A stretch of 25,648 nucleotides of DNA from a virus (Duplodnaviria; Caudoviricetes), in IMG/VR virus record IMGVR_UViG_3300027305_000016, positions 1 to 25,648 of that record, one strand, 5' to 3'. The notes beneath the pieces were generated by a model, which saw only the letters and a program-made list of their open reading frames with translations, was not told the origin of the DNA and searched no databases. The first letter of the stretch is position 1. Each line of letters opens with the position of its first letter. The position numbers were made by a program, and so were the translations under genes. Below are positions 16,794-25,648 of this stretch, one piece after another.

Positions 16794-18913
16794 AAACGCC
16801 ATTTAAAAAAGATGTTACGATAAGGAAAAATATATTCCTTAGCTCCGAAGATGGTTCTTCAGATAGAGATTTTGTTTTCTCTAAAATGATAAATGTTGAA
16901 TCTTTAGCAAACATAAACAGTATTATTGATTTTGAGAACGTAGAATACAAACCAACATCAAGTAATATTGAGCTGGACTTATTTTTTTTGAGATATATTA
17001 AAAATAACGAGTTACCACAAATAAAAAATTACATAGAAGAATCTTTTTCTGACTATAATTCTAGAATTGTAAAAGCTTTAAAAATTAGTAAGAGTTCAGA
17101 AATGTTTCAAACCAAAGATTCGGACGGTAATCCATTACCTAAATATGATTTTGAAAAATCACAGTCACCAGAACAAATCACGGCAAATAAACCGTATGTT
17201 GTTATAGACCCTTTAGTTGAGAATAGAAAAAAATACCCTAAAAAAGAGGGTTACCCACATTTTTATAACACATTTACGTTCCCATTTTGGGAAAATTCCG
17301 ATGCTTGGGTTAACCTCAAATACGGCTTTAATAATAAAGCTTATACATATAATTCTTTTATAATTATAGAGTTATATGACGATTTTAATACAGATGGTCA
17401 AAATAGGGTAATGACAATACCAGTATACGTCTCAGACAGGTATATGTTTAGAGAAAAAACAACTGGTGATCTTGAAAACGGTAGCGTTGAACAAAAAAGA
17501 CCCGTTTTTAATCTATTTGAAGGGGTTGATGGTTATTCCTTATTTTTCCTAAAGAACTACATAAAATCTGATTTTTATGCTAAGTTTTACTTTTGGGATG
17601 CGTTAAATGGTACAAAAATTCAGTTCATACCATCCGCTAAAAATAATTTAAGGAAAAAGTGGTTACAGGATGTTGAAACATTTAATCAAAAAAACTTATA
17701 TCTTAAATATGAATTAAATTATGAAGATAGAAGTTATGAGATTTTTGATTATAACGAGTCAGCTGATAGCTTTGACATATTATGCGATACACATATTGAT
17801 CTATACGAATTTGCTTACGATGATTACTGGTCTGAGTTTTTTGTTTTAAATGACCAACCAACGGACATAAAAATACCAACAAACCCAAGACAATACGGTG
17901 ATCTATTTTTGGATAGAACAAGTATCACTAAAAATTTAATTTACGATACAACCCACGCATTAGTTAGTGAGGCAATAAAAGATTTACCAGATTACGAGGA
18001 AGTCTCTGTAAAATACTCATATGGACCAACTTACGTTTGTTATGAATATGACGATTATGCTGGTTGTCTAGATGGTAAATTTGTATCATTTTATGATATA
18101 GCTGGATCATTAACTGGATATCTACCATATATTAGTAATGATTTAAACATAAAAAATTTATCATTAATGACCAAAACAAGTAATCTTATTATCGATTCGT
18201 TAGTGTCATCGCAAAAAAGAAACATTGGTGGTGTTATCATTGAAAATAAAAACACTTTAATCCCATATAATGTAAAGGATATTAGTTTTGAAAATATTAA
18301 ATTGGGAACGGAAGCTAATAAGGTAATAATCGATTCCTACGGCTCACTAGATCATAAAATTTATAATCAAGAATCTAAGTCAACAGAAGTGTATACTGAG
18401 TTAGCTTTCATACCAACAAAAATCGGTGAGTCTGGTAGCGATTTTGATTTCACTAAAACGGTTTTTGAGTCACATTATGAGGATTTCAAAGAAAGAAACA
18501 AACAAAACCCATTACCGAACTCAACCCCAGATCCTGACCAACAATCGGAAGATTTTGTGAATAATATTGATAACCAATTATTATTTGCGAGCGGCCTATT
18601 AAATGGTGGGCAAATACAAACAAGTAATTTGAGTAAAAAATATACTAGCGAAGAAATTGTTAATAAATTAAAACTCGATAAAAAATCTAAAACCGATATG
18701 TTCATTTTAACGGCAGGCGTTTTGGATAGTCTGGTTAAGCCAGGTGAGCAAGTTATAACACAAATAAATTTTTACATCGGTGCTAATTTAGCTAAAACCT
18801 TCTACCAAATAAAAACTTTGGCTTTTACAGGTAATTTAAAAATCACATTTGAGTCGGCTAATGATGGTAAAGAGGAAATAATAAACATACCAATAAACTT
18901 TAGTTTAAAATAA
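16787..18913 (+). CDS. Hypothetical structural protein, 708 aa
   Basis: Long ORF translationally coupled on both sides (TAATG at 18911-18915), with aromatic-rich beta segments. Confidence 0.8.
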   Translation: MLKTPFKKDVTIRKNIFLSSEDGSSDRDFVFSKMINVESLANINSIIDFENVEYKPTSSNIELDLFFLRYIKNNELPQIKNYIEESFSDYNSRIVKALKISKSSEMFQTKDSDGNPLPKYDFEKSQSPEQITANKPYVVIDPLVENRKKYPKKEGYPHFYNTFTFPFWENSDAWVNLKYGFNNKAYTYNSFIIIELYDDFNTDGQNRVMTIPVYVSDRYMFREKTTGDLENGSVEQKRPVFNLFEGVDGYSLFFLKNYIKSDFYAKFYFWDALNGTKIQFIPSAKNNLRKKWLQDVETFNQKNLYLKYELNYEDRSYEIFDYNESADSFDILCDTHIDLYEFAYDDYWSEFFVLNDQPTDIKIPTNPRQYGDLFLDRTSITKNLIYDTTHALVSEAIKDLPDYEEVSVKYSYGPTYVCYEYDDYAGCLDGKFVSFYDIAGSLTGYLPYISNDLNIKNLSLMTKTSNLIIDSLVSSQKRNIGGVIIENKNTLIPYNVKDISFENIKLGTEANKVIIDSYGSLDHKIYNQESKSTEVYTELAFIPTKIGESGSDFDFTKTVFESHYEDFKERNKQNPLPNSTPDPDQQSEDFVNNIDNQLLFASGLLNGGQIQTSNLSKKYTSEEIVNKLKLDKKSKTDMFILTAGVLDSLVKPGEQVITQINFYIGANLAKTFYQIKTLAFTGNLKITFESANDGKEEIINIPINFSLK

Positions 18914-19695
18914 TGGATCAGGAAATAAAAATTAATGATGGGTTTGACGGGTATGCTTTAAACATATTTCTAGAAGGTTTAATAGACCCAAAAGGTTCTT
19001 TAATAACACCATATTATAACGACCCCAAAGTTTTACAAATTGAGGAGTCTTTAAATAATATGGAAAACTACCTTGATATAACAAAGCCAGCAATAAAATA
19101 TGAAACAAACACTAAATTAATAGCATCATTAGATGACGTTAATGATCATTTTAAAGAAAAAGAAACAAAATATTTTGTTAAGGGTAAAACAGATAGTAAG
19201 TTTTCACTATTAGATCTGAGTTTTACAAAAGACCAGGCTCTATTATTTTTCGAAAAAGATAACAAAATAAAATATAAAGAATTAATTGAAAGGGAATACC
19301 CTAAACCAGAAAACATTAGGGTTGGTAAAAGGATAACAATAAGTGGTACTGACATAGTTGGTATGATTATTCTTGAAAGCGAAACTAGGAAGGAATACGT
19401 GTTGTATTTAGATACACCCAATCCTATATTTTATGTTGATAATTTTGACGGAACTACTATATTTAAGTTCATGAGAAATAATATAGATGATAAGATAACG
19501 CCAACGTTAAATTATTATTCTGATATTATTGACGAACCAAAAATTTTGTCGGAAGTATTTATTGATAGAGGTGTTACAAACGCCTTTGAACCAATGAGAA
19601 AATTAAAAAATGTTAATAACCTTAATGAGTTAACAAAAACTGGTTTCGGTTATTATAAAATAAACACAAGAGGATACAATTTTAAAGATCAATAA
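18913..19695 (+). CDS. Hypothetical structural protein, 260 aa
   Basis: Start overlaps the previous stop. C-terminal EPKILSEVFIDRG...GFGYYKI. It lies in the baseplate operon. Confidence 0.8.
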   Translation: MDQEIKINDGFDGYALNIFLEGLIDPKGSLITPYYNDPKVLQIEESLNNMENYLDITKPAIKYETNTKLIASLDDVNDHFKEKETKYFVKGKTDSKFSLLDLSFTKDQALLFFEKDNKIKYKELIEREYPKPENIRVGKRITISGTDIVGMIILESETRKEYVLYLDTPNPIFYVDNFDGTTIFKFMRNNIDDKITPTLNYYSDIIDEPKILSEVFIDRGVTNAFEPMRKLKNVNNLNELTKTGFGYYKINTRGYNFKDQ

Positions 19696-19696
19696 T

Positions 19697-20590
19697 ATGG
19701 CTATAGGTGTATATGGCGTTAAAAGACCAGCGGATGTCGACCCATCAGAAATAGAAGTAATTGTTTTATATGCTAAAACAAGAAATTCTGTCGATACTCA
19801 AACAGTTACAAAATTAAACGGTGTCGATGTAATGGCACCAGTGTATGACCCAGTTAATCAAACTGAGGTTATGGGTGGTATGTACAACCTACAACTACCG
19901 AAAAGTGTGTTTAATGCCAAAGGGTATTATACGGTCTACATTAGACCAGCACAAATTAGAATACCAATCGAAGATTGTTCGGAGTTAGCTAGTTTCCCAG
20001 ACATTAAAGGTTTAGTTTTTAATCTTGATAACGCACCAGCCCAGTTCAGATCTAAATTTACAAACAACGGTTTGGATGGTTTTAGGGTTGAATATTTAAA
20101 TGAAAACGGTAGTAAGGTGCAAAATTTATATAGAATTGTGACATCATCTTTTATTGTTGAACCAGTACAGGTTGACACAGCTAATAGTTCAGTTAAAACG
20201 ATAAAATATACGTACAATAATGTCGGTACTCTATTGTTTTGTACGGTGACACCTAACGCAGCACCTAGTTTTAAACCAACAGCAACACCATTTATTGGTT
20301 ATAAGGGTCAAAATATAATATTGACTAGCACTAATTTCACGCCACAAGTTTTTGAGGTTGAATTAGTTAACTACGATGCTGAAAGCCTTGCAATCGCATT
20401 GTATTCCGATCAAACCAAATCAATGGAAGATGGAATATATACGCTATATGATTTTGATGGTAATATATACCAGCAGTATGATCTATATGAAATCAAAGAT
20501 GCAACTGATAAAAAATTATATGAGGTTAGAACAAGAAGAAATAATATTGACACAACAAAGGCATTAAATAACATTATAGGAAATGGCTAA
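19697..20590 (+). CDS. Hypothetical structural protein, 297 aa, beta-rich
   Basis: Starts 1 nt after the previous stop (MAIGVYGVKRPADV...) and overlaps the next gene by 8 nt. Confidence 0.82.
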   Translation: MAIGVYGVKRPADVDPSEIEVIVLYAKTRNSVDTQTVTKLNGVDVMAPVYDPVNQTEVMGGMYNLQLPKSVFNAKGYYTVYIRPAQIRIPIEDCSELASFPDIKGLVFNLDNAPAQFRSKFTNNGLDGFRVEYLNENGSKVQNLYRIVTSSFIVEPVQVDTANSSVKTIKYTYNNVGTLLFCTVTPNAAPSFKPTATPFIGYKGQNIILTSTNFTPQVFEVELVNYDAESLAIALYSDQTKSMEDGIYTLYDFDGNIYQQYDLYEIKDATDKKLYEVRTRRNNIDTTKALNNIIGNG

Positions 20591-23500
20591 TCTTAGTTAC
20601 ACAAATACACCATTAATAGCGGATTTATATGATACACCTGAAGCTGCATTAGATGCTGCATCTAGTTTGGGTTGTAATGGTTATAGAACATACAATATAA
20701 ATGGCGAAACAAAATATGTTCCATGTTCTAGTTTTTTGACCTATGAACAATCCTTAAGATTTAAAAAATCACAAGGGGTGAGCAACGCTATATCTGGTTT
20801 TGGTAATATTGCTGATAAAGCGGTTGGTTTACAATTTGCAAATGCTAATAGTGAGGTAAACGGTGACCCATTTTTTACTTTAGGTAATTTCTCAATATCA
20901 ACTGCACAAACACAAACAACATCTAATGGTAAAAATACTATTATTTCTGGTGGTAAAGAATATACAGCCGAAAAAATAAATCAGAAAAATCCGTTTAAAA
21001 GTAGTGCTGTATCAGCAATTGAACAGGTTAGTCAGAAAATAGAAAATAATTTAACAGTTACAGTTTTATTTGATAAAGATAAACTAAAAAACTATGTTCT
21101 ATTCTCGCCTTTTAAGGAAACGGTTAAAAATAGTATAATTGATGTGACAAACCAATTCCCAGCAGGGCTTAAAATGAATGTAATTGGTTTAACAACACCA
21201 ACCATAACTGAATATAATTACACACCATCAACGGATACAGCTGAATTTAAAATCAATTTGAGGAACATAAGCAATCCATACCAAATTGAGTATACAACAT
21301 CTGGATCAACTAAAAACGATGACGTAAATTTAAGTCCACTTAGAAATTTTTCAAAAACTTACACTAGTTACGTATTATATTACAATGGTGTTGAATATAG
21401 GATAATAAATGCAACTTTACCAGCATCATACGAGGACTTTTCAACTGGTTTGTATTTAACGGTTGAAGGAGATCCATTTGTAAACGATGTAAACTTAGAT
21501 TTGACCGTAAATAGAAACTTTTGGGTTAAACCGAAAAAAGAGAAATACGATGAGTTTTACAATAAATTACCCGATATGGGTAAATTTTTGTTGAATTATA
21601 ACTACGATGAAAAGAAATACGTTAGTAATATAAAATATACAAAAACAACAGATAACGGTGTTGATATTAACACCAACGAAAGACTAGTATTCCCCCAATT
21701 TGATGAGGTTAACATAGATTTATTTAGTACGGATTTCGATCAGTACTTAACTAAATTAAATGATGTTGCTGACTCTTTCGATGCGACAAAATCAAATTTA
21801 ATTTCTAGATTTTTAACAACAGATTCTTTAAGAGAATTCGATACTGATGATAGAAAAGTTAACTTAATGTTTAATATTGTTGGTAGGAATTTCGATAATA
21901 TTAGAAAATATGTGGATGGTATAACCTTCATGACAAATTTAAGTTATGATAAGGTTGAAAATATACCAGACCTACTGATTAAAAATTTCGGTAATATGCT
22001 TGGATTCCAAACATATAATATCGAAGATGAGAACACCTTGGTTGAATCTTTATTCAATATAAAAGATTTAAACATCGAACCTGGTCTAACACCAACAGAA
22101 GTTGATATCGAGTTATGGAGAAGGGTTTTCATTAACGCACACTATCTATGGAAATCAAAAGGAACCAGAAAATCAATTGAATTTATTTTAAATTTAGTTG
22201 GTTTACCAGACTCTATATTTGAGGTAAATGAGTACATATACCAAGCAAGACAAAAGGTTAATTATGATGAAAAGGTTACTGAAACATATGGTTTCCTTTA
22301 TAACGATGCGCAATTAACGGGTTTATTACCGTTTGACAAAGATGGATACCCAACCACACCCCCAGGTATTAGATACCAAGAAGCTGGTTTTAACTCATCA
22401 AATGATAACAAAAATTTTGGTCCATATGATTTTGGTCGATCATATATTGATGGTTATAGAAAACAAGTCAATGTCAATATTTTTGATTTAGATAGAGTTG
22501 TTGACAATGTTAAATCTTGGGCTTATAGTGAAGAAGAGGTACTTAGGTTATCTGAAACGACTGTTGGTTACACGGAATATTATGAAAAGGACTCTAGATT
22601 AATAGTTAACACTAAAGAACTAGAAGTTTACATATCAAGCGATAAAATATTTGACATTACATTATATAGATTTTTAAATAGAAATGAAATTGAAGTAAAT
22701 TCAGACCTAACCATTGATAACGTAACAAATATTAATGCGGGTACATTATCATTCAACCAATTTATGAGGGAATCTTTAGATAACTACATAAAAGTTGGTA
22801 ACAGAAAAACAATTAAAACCTACCCAACGCTATCAAAAATTTATTTTGATTATTTAAAGTTAACCGATAATCCAGTAACACAAACAAAAAGTTTAGAATT
22901 CCTAAACATGTTTGATAGTTCTTGGGTTAAATTGGTGCAACAGTTCACACCAGCGACAACAATATTGAATGCGGGTAAAAAGATACAAAATAGTAAATTT
23001 TTAGATAATAAATTTATTTATAAACACGGACTTAATCAGTCTGTTTCATGGGTTGGTACAGATGGATCAGAATTCCAGAATAAAGCTAATTTACCAGTAA
23101 ATGTGGGTAACACAAACCCATTTGATGTTTCTGGGTTTAAAAAAGACGCTGTAACTGGCGAGTCCTCAACATTCACATTGGTGGGTCAAAGAGGTAAAAA
23201 CTATGTTGGAACCGATCCAACAATAAATGAATATTTCGGTAACTATTTTGGTATTGAATATGCCTGTGAAGGTGTCGATATATATAAGTGGGATCCAGAG
23301 AAAAACTATGGCGATGACTTAGAGTTTAACGGGAACGTAAACACAGGAACTGGACCTAGATACGGTGTTTTTGTTATATACGAAAACAATCTTTATAGAT
23401 TAAACACAAATAGGATGTTTACTGGTTTAGACACAATAAACACCTCTATGTATGAAGCAAATTCAGACATATTATTAGGTTCGGTCGATGATTTTGAGAC

Positions 23501-25648
23501 CATAACATTACCAGCTGGACCAGGTGAGTACGAAATTTCGTTTACGATTAGTAGTAATGACGATTTGGTTATTTATGATGGTGGTATGATCGGAGGGGTT
23601 GAGGTTTCATCCTTAGGTAGGAGCGGTAAGATAACCACTTTTAATGAGACCATAACATTCACCACATCGACAGTGACTTTTTGGAATATGAACAATTGGC
23701 CAAATGATATGATCATGTCCAATTTAATTATTAAACAAAAGCACGAACCAAATAGATACAAAATTGGTGGTGAAAACGTTTATGAGTTAATACCTTTAGG
23801 CGTTGACGCATCAACAATAGAATTTAAAGACTCTCCATGGGGCCTTATTAGTGAAATAGAGAGAAAATATTACATTGAGGCTGTTGGTATTGGTCATGCT
23901 TATATGACTGCTAATGATGACTACATATGCCCAGTACCTAAACCACATACTTGTTATTATGATTATAGTGGTTTAACAATTAATATGGCTACACCAGGTA
24001 TAACATCCTACTATGATGAGACTGGGACATTATTAACAATCGAACAACCAAAATATTATGGGTACTCGAAAAACACATCAACGACTGAAAAACCAGAAGA
24101 TGCTGTGTACGGTAGTTCTGGTAATTGGGCTGTACCGTATAGAAGACCAAACACCTGGACAAATGGTGTTGTTTACTATTCTGGTGATGTTGTAACTAAA
24201 TCATCGGTTAATTATCTAGTGACAGGATCAACTGTAACTGGCTATACTGTCAGTGGGGTACCGAGTGGGACAACATTAACAACGATAGTTCCAGGATTAT
24301 ATCAAAATTATGACTTAAGAACTAAGACGGACCCATATATGCATATAGATTCCGCATATATTAAGAGATTAAGGTTAAACCCGTTAAATGATAGGATTTC
24401 AATAAATTTATCTAAAAACTTATACCTTTTCCAGGTATATAAGGGGGCAACGCAATACGACACATACAAGGTTACTGATAACATATTAAATGACGAATTG
24501 TACCTATCTGACTCAACAACAATAACTTTTGACGGTTTATATTCTTTAGACGAAACCAAGATAGGCCCTTTCTATACCGCTAACACTGACGAGGTCATAA
24601 CAAGTACATTAATAGACACCATACTACTTGTTGCCGATAAAGATAATTATGTTGACATACAGTCACTAAATACCAATTTTGATGTATTAAACAATAACAT
24701 AGGTGTTGGCGCTGGTTATTATTTGGTTAAAAATAATGCTTTCCTAAAAATGGAATTCGATTTATATTTTGAATCAGAGTATAATTTACAACAAGATGTT
24801 GATATTAAAATATTGAATCAATTAGGTGAGGCCCTATATACACAAACATTCACCTTCTCAGGTAATGATATGGCACAAGATAGAATCGCTTCAGTTGATT
24901 ACGAAGATGTGTTTGAGGTTGATAGTAAAATATATTTGGTAATACAACCTAAAGTATATGAGTGTACATTATCTAGGTACGAAAAAATAGAAATTGATTA
25001 TACGGAACCGACTACCTATTCAGACGAAAACGACCCAAGATTTAGGGTGTTATTTAATGGGGGTAGATCATTAATAGATGGTAGATATACGGATGATGTT
25101 ATATCAATAGAACCAATAGTAACAAACCTTAATGATTTTAACATCGATTATTTTCTATATAAAACAGATAATATATTAGATACATATAAATTTAGAACTA
25201 GACCAAACATATCAATATCATATGATGAAAGTAGTTATTTTGGTTTATTATATGGTAATTATTATGAAAAGTACAAACCAGCCAGTGTTGTTGGTGACGT
25301 AAGTGTTTATGAAAAACTATTTAATAACGATAAAATTGATTTTAATTTAGTTGTAAGGTCAAAAGAACCACAATCTATCTTAAATCAGGACCAATCTCAA
25401 GAAGGGTTTTATCGTGAATACACAATATCCTCTTCAGATAATTATTTAGGTAATACACCGCAAGAAATTGAGAATACTAGTTTAACTAAATCAATAATAA
25501 TTGGTAAAAATCCAAAACCTAGAACGAAAAAATTAAATAAAAAAGATTTCACGTTTTTAAGGTCATATAAAAATAATAACATATTAAACGCATCTGCGTC
25601 TACAATTGATTTTATTGGTTATGATGAAGGTTTCACTGATTACGATTT
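20583..25648 (+). CDS. Giant (>1,688 aa, 3'-truncated) baseplate wedge protein, T4 gp7 / P2 gpI-like core with accessory domains
   Basis: ATG at 20583 (MANLSYTNTP...). The frame reads open wherever I translated it and is still in frame at the window end (...YDEGFTDYD). It is absent from the track, consistent with having no stop codon. It contains NIPDLLIKNFGNMLGF and LWRRVFINAHYLWKSKGTRKSIEFILNLVG (gp7/gpI KGT signature, about 22113-22202). Confidence 0.85.
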   Translation, partial: MANLSYTNTPLIADLYDTPEAALDAASSLGCNGYRTYNINGETKYVPCSSFLTYEQSLRFKKSQGVSNAISGFGNIADKAVGLQFANANSEVNGDPFFTLGNFSISTAQTQTTSNGKNTIISGGKEYTAEKINQKNPFKSSAVSAIEQVSQKIENNLTVTVLFDKDKLKNYVLFSPFKETVKNSIIDVTNQFPAGLKMNVIGLTTPTITEYNYTPSTDTAEFKINLRNISNPYQIEYTTSGSTKNDDVNLSPLRNFSKTYTSYVLYYNGVEYRIINATLPASYEDFSTGLYLTVEGDPFVNDVNLDLTVNRNFWVKPKKEKYDEFYNKLPDMGKFLLNYNYDEKKYVSNIKYTKTTDNGVDINTNERLVFPQFDEVNIDLFSTDFDQYLTKLNDVADSFDATKSNLISRFLTTDSLREFDTDDRKVNLMFNIVGRNFDNIRKYVDGITFMTNLSYDKVENIPDLLIKNFGNMLGFQTYNIEDENTLVESLFNIKDLNIEPGLTPTEVDIELWRRVFINAHYLWKSKGTRKSIEFILNLVGLPDSIFEVNEYIYQARQKVNYDEKVTETYGFLYNDAQLTGLLPFDKDGYPTTPPGIRYQEAGFNSSNDNKNFGPYDFGRSYIDGYRKQVNVNIFDLDRVVDNVKSWAYSEEEVLRLSETTVGYTEYYEKDSRLIVNTKELEVYISSDKIFDITLYRFLNRNEIEVNSDLTIDNVTNINAGTLSFNQFMRESLDNYIKVGNRKTIKTYPTLSKIYFDYLKLTDNPVTQTKSLEFLNMFDSSWVKLVQQFTPATTILNAGKKIQNSKFLDNKFIYKHGLNQSVSWVGTDGSEFQNKANLPVNVGNTNPFDVSGFKKDAVTGESSTFTLVGQRGKNYVGTDPTINEYFGNYFGIEYACEGVDIYKWDPEKNYGDDLEFNGNVNTGTGPRYGVFVIYENNLYRLNTNRMFTGLDTINTSMYEANSDILLGSVDDFETITLPAGPGEYEISFTISSNDDLVIYDGGMIGGVEVSSLGRSGKITTFNETITFTTSTVTFWNMNNWPNDMIMSNLIIKQKHEPNRYKIGGENVYELIPLGVDASTIEFKDSPWGLISEIERKYYIEAVGIGHAYMTANDDYICPVPKPHTCYYDYSGLTINMATPGITSYYDETGTLLTIEQPKYYGYSKNTSTTEKPEDAVYGSSGNWAVPYRRPNTWTNGVVYYSGDVVTKSSVNYLVTGSTVTGYTVSGVPSGTTLTTIVPGLYQNYDLRTKTDPYMHIDSAYIKRLRLNPLNDRISINLSKNLYLFQVYKGATQYDTYKVTDNILNDELYLSDSTTITFDGLYSLDETKIGPFYTANTDEVITSTLIDTILLVADKDNYVDIQSLNTNFDVLNNNIGVGAGYYLVKNNAFLKMEFDLYFESEYNLQQDVDIKILNQLGEALYTQTFTFSGNDMAQDRIASVDYEDVFEVDSKIYLVIQPKVYECTLSRYEKIEIDYTEPTTYSDENDPRFRVLFNGGRSLIDGRYTDDVISIEPIVTNLNDFNIDYFLYKTDNILDTYKFRTRPNISISYDESSYFGLLYGNYYEKYKPASVVGDVSVYEKLFNNDKIDFNLVVRSKEPQSILNQDQSQEGFYREYTISSSDNYLGNTPQEIENTSLTKSIIIGKNPKPRTKKLNKKDFTFLRSYKNNNILNASASTIDFIGYDEGFTDYD
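23495..23659 (+). repeat. 15-bp exact direct repeat TGAGACCATAACATT at 23495-23509 and 23645-23659
   Basis: Seen directly. The copies are 150 nt apart and in the same reading frame (ETITL / ETITF). Confidence 0.85.

Larger units (their letters stand above)
1..25648 (+). other. Fragment of a large T4-like (contractile-tailed) bacteriophage genome, probable Bacteroidota host
   Basis: gp32-like SSB, UvsX-like, T4 RNase H-like, gp41-like helicase, RNR and gp25/gp6/gp7-like baseplate genes are co-oriented and tightly packed. There is no integrase or host housekeeping context. Confidence 0.9.

Noticed and set aside
23495-23659. Diversity-generating retroelement TR/VR pair or invertible segment
   Set aside because: The repeat is only 15 bp, direct and identical, with no adenine-specific mismatches. 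No reverse transcriptase or invertase is present in the window.
344-24559. Numerous minus-strand and nested short ORFs in the track
   Set aside because: All lie within strongly supported + strand genes and have no recognisable motifs. They are consistent with antisense shadows of biased codon usage.
1-25648. Possible stop-codon reassignment (17 of 18 gene ends are TAA, one TGA, none TAG)
   Set aside because: All genes, including late structural ones, are full length in code 11 with no internal TAG/TGA breaks. TAA preference is expected in AT-rich DNA.

Overview
AT-rich, gene-dense segment of a large (probably jumbo) T4-like myovirus genome. All credible genes are on the + strand in standard code 11. 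The host is probably Bacteroidota: there is a TTG-N19-TAnnTTTG promoter, start regions are A-rich without Shine-Dalgarno, and the SSB ends in DDLPF. Gene order: a 5'-truncated M23 peptidase + SleB-like cell-wall hydrolase; three hypothetical genes; a replication/recombination block (gp32-like SSB, UvsX/RecA, 5'-3' exonuclease, hypothetical, DnaB/gp41 helicase); a class Ia nrdB-nrdA pair with its own terminator; then a baseplate operon (gp25-like, gp6/J-like, five uncharacterised proteins, and a >1,688-aa gp7-like protein that runs off the window end and is missing from the supplied ORF track). I saw no tRNA, CRISPR array, intron/intein, DGR or recoding signal. I found no decisive evidence for a wholly new system. 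The best leads are the expanded, uncharacterised baseplate module with its mosaic giant wedge protein, a candidate ATATTTATT phage promoter, a zinc-free gp32 with a host-type SSB tail, and an unknown gene wedged between the exonuclease and the helicase. All family calls come from recognising motifs by eye, not from database searches.
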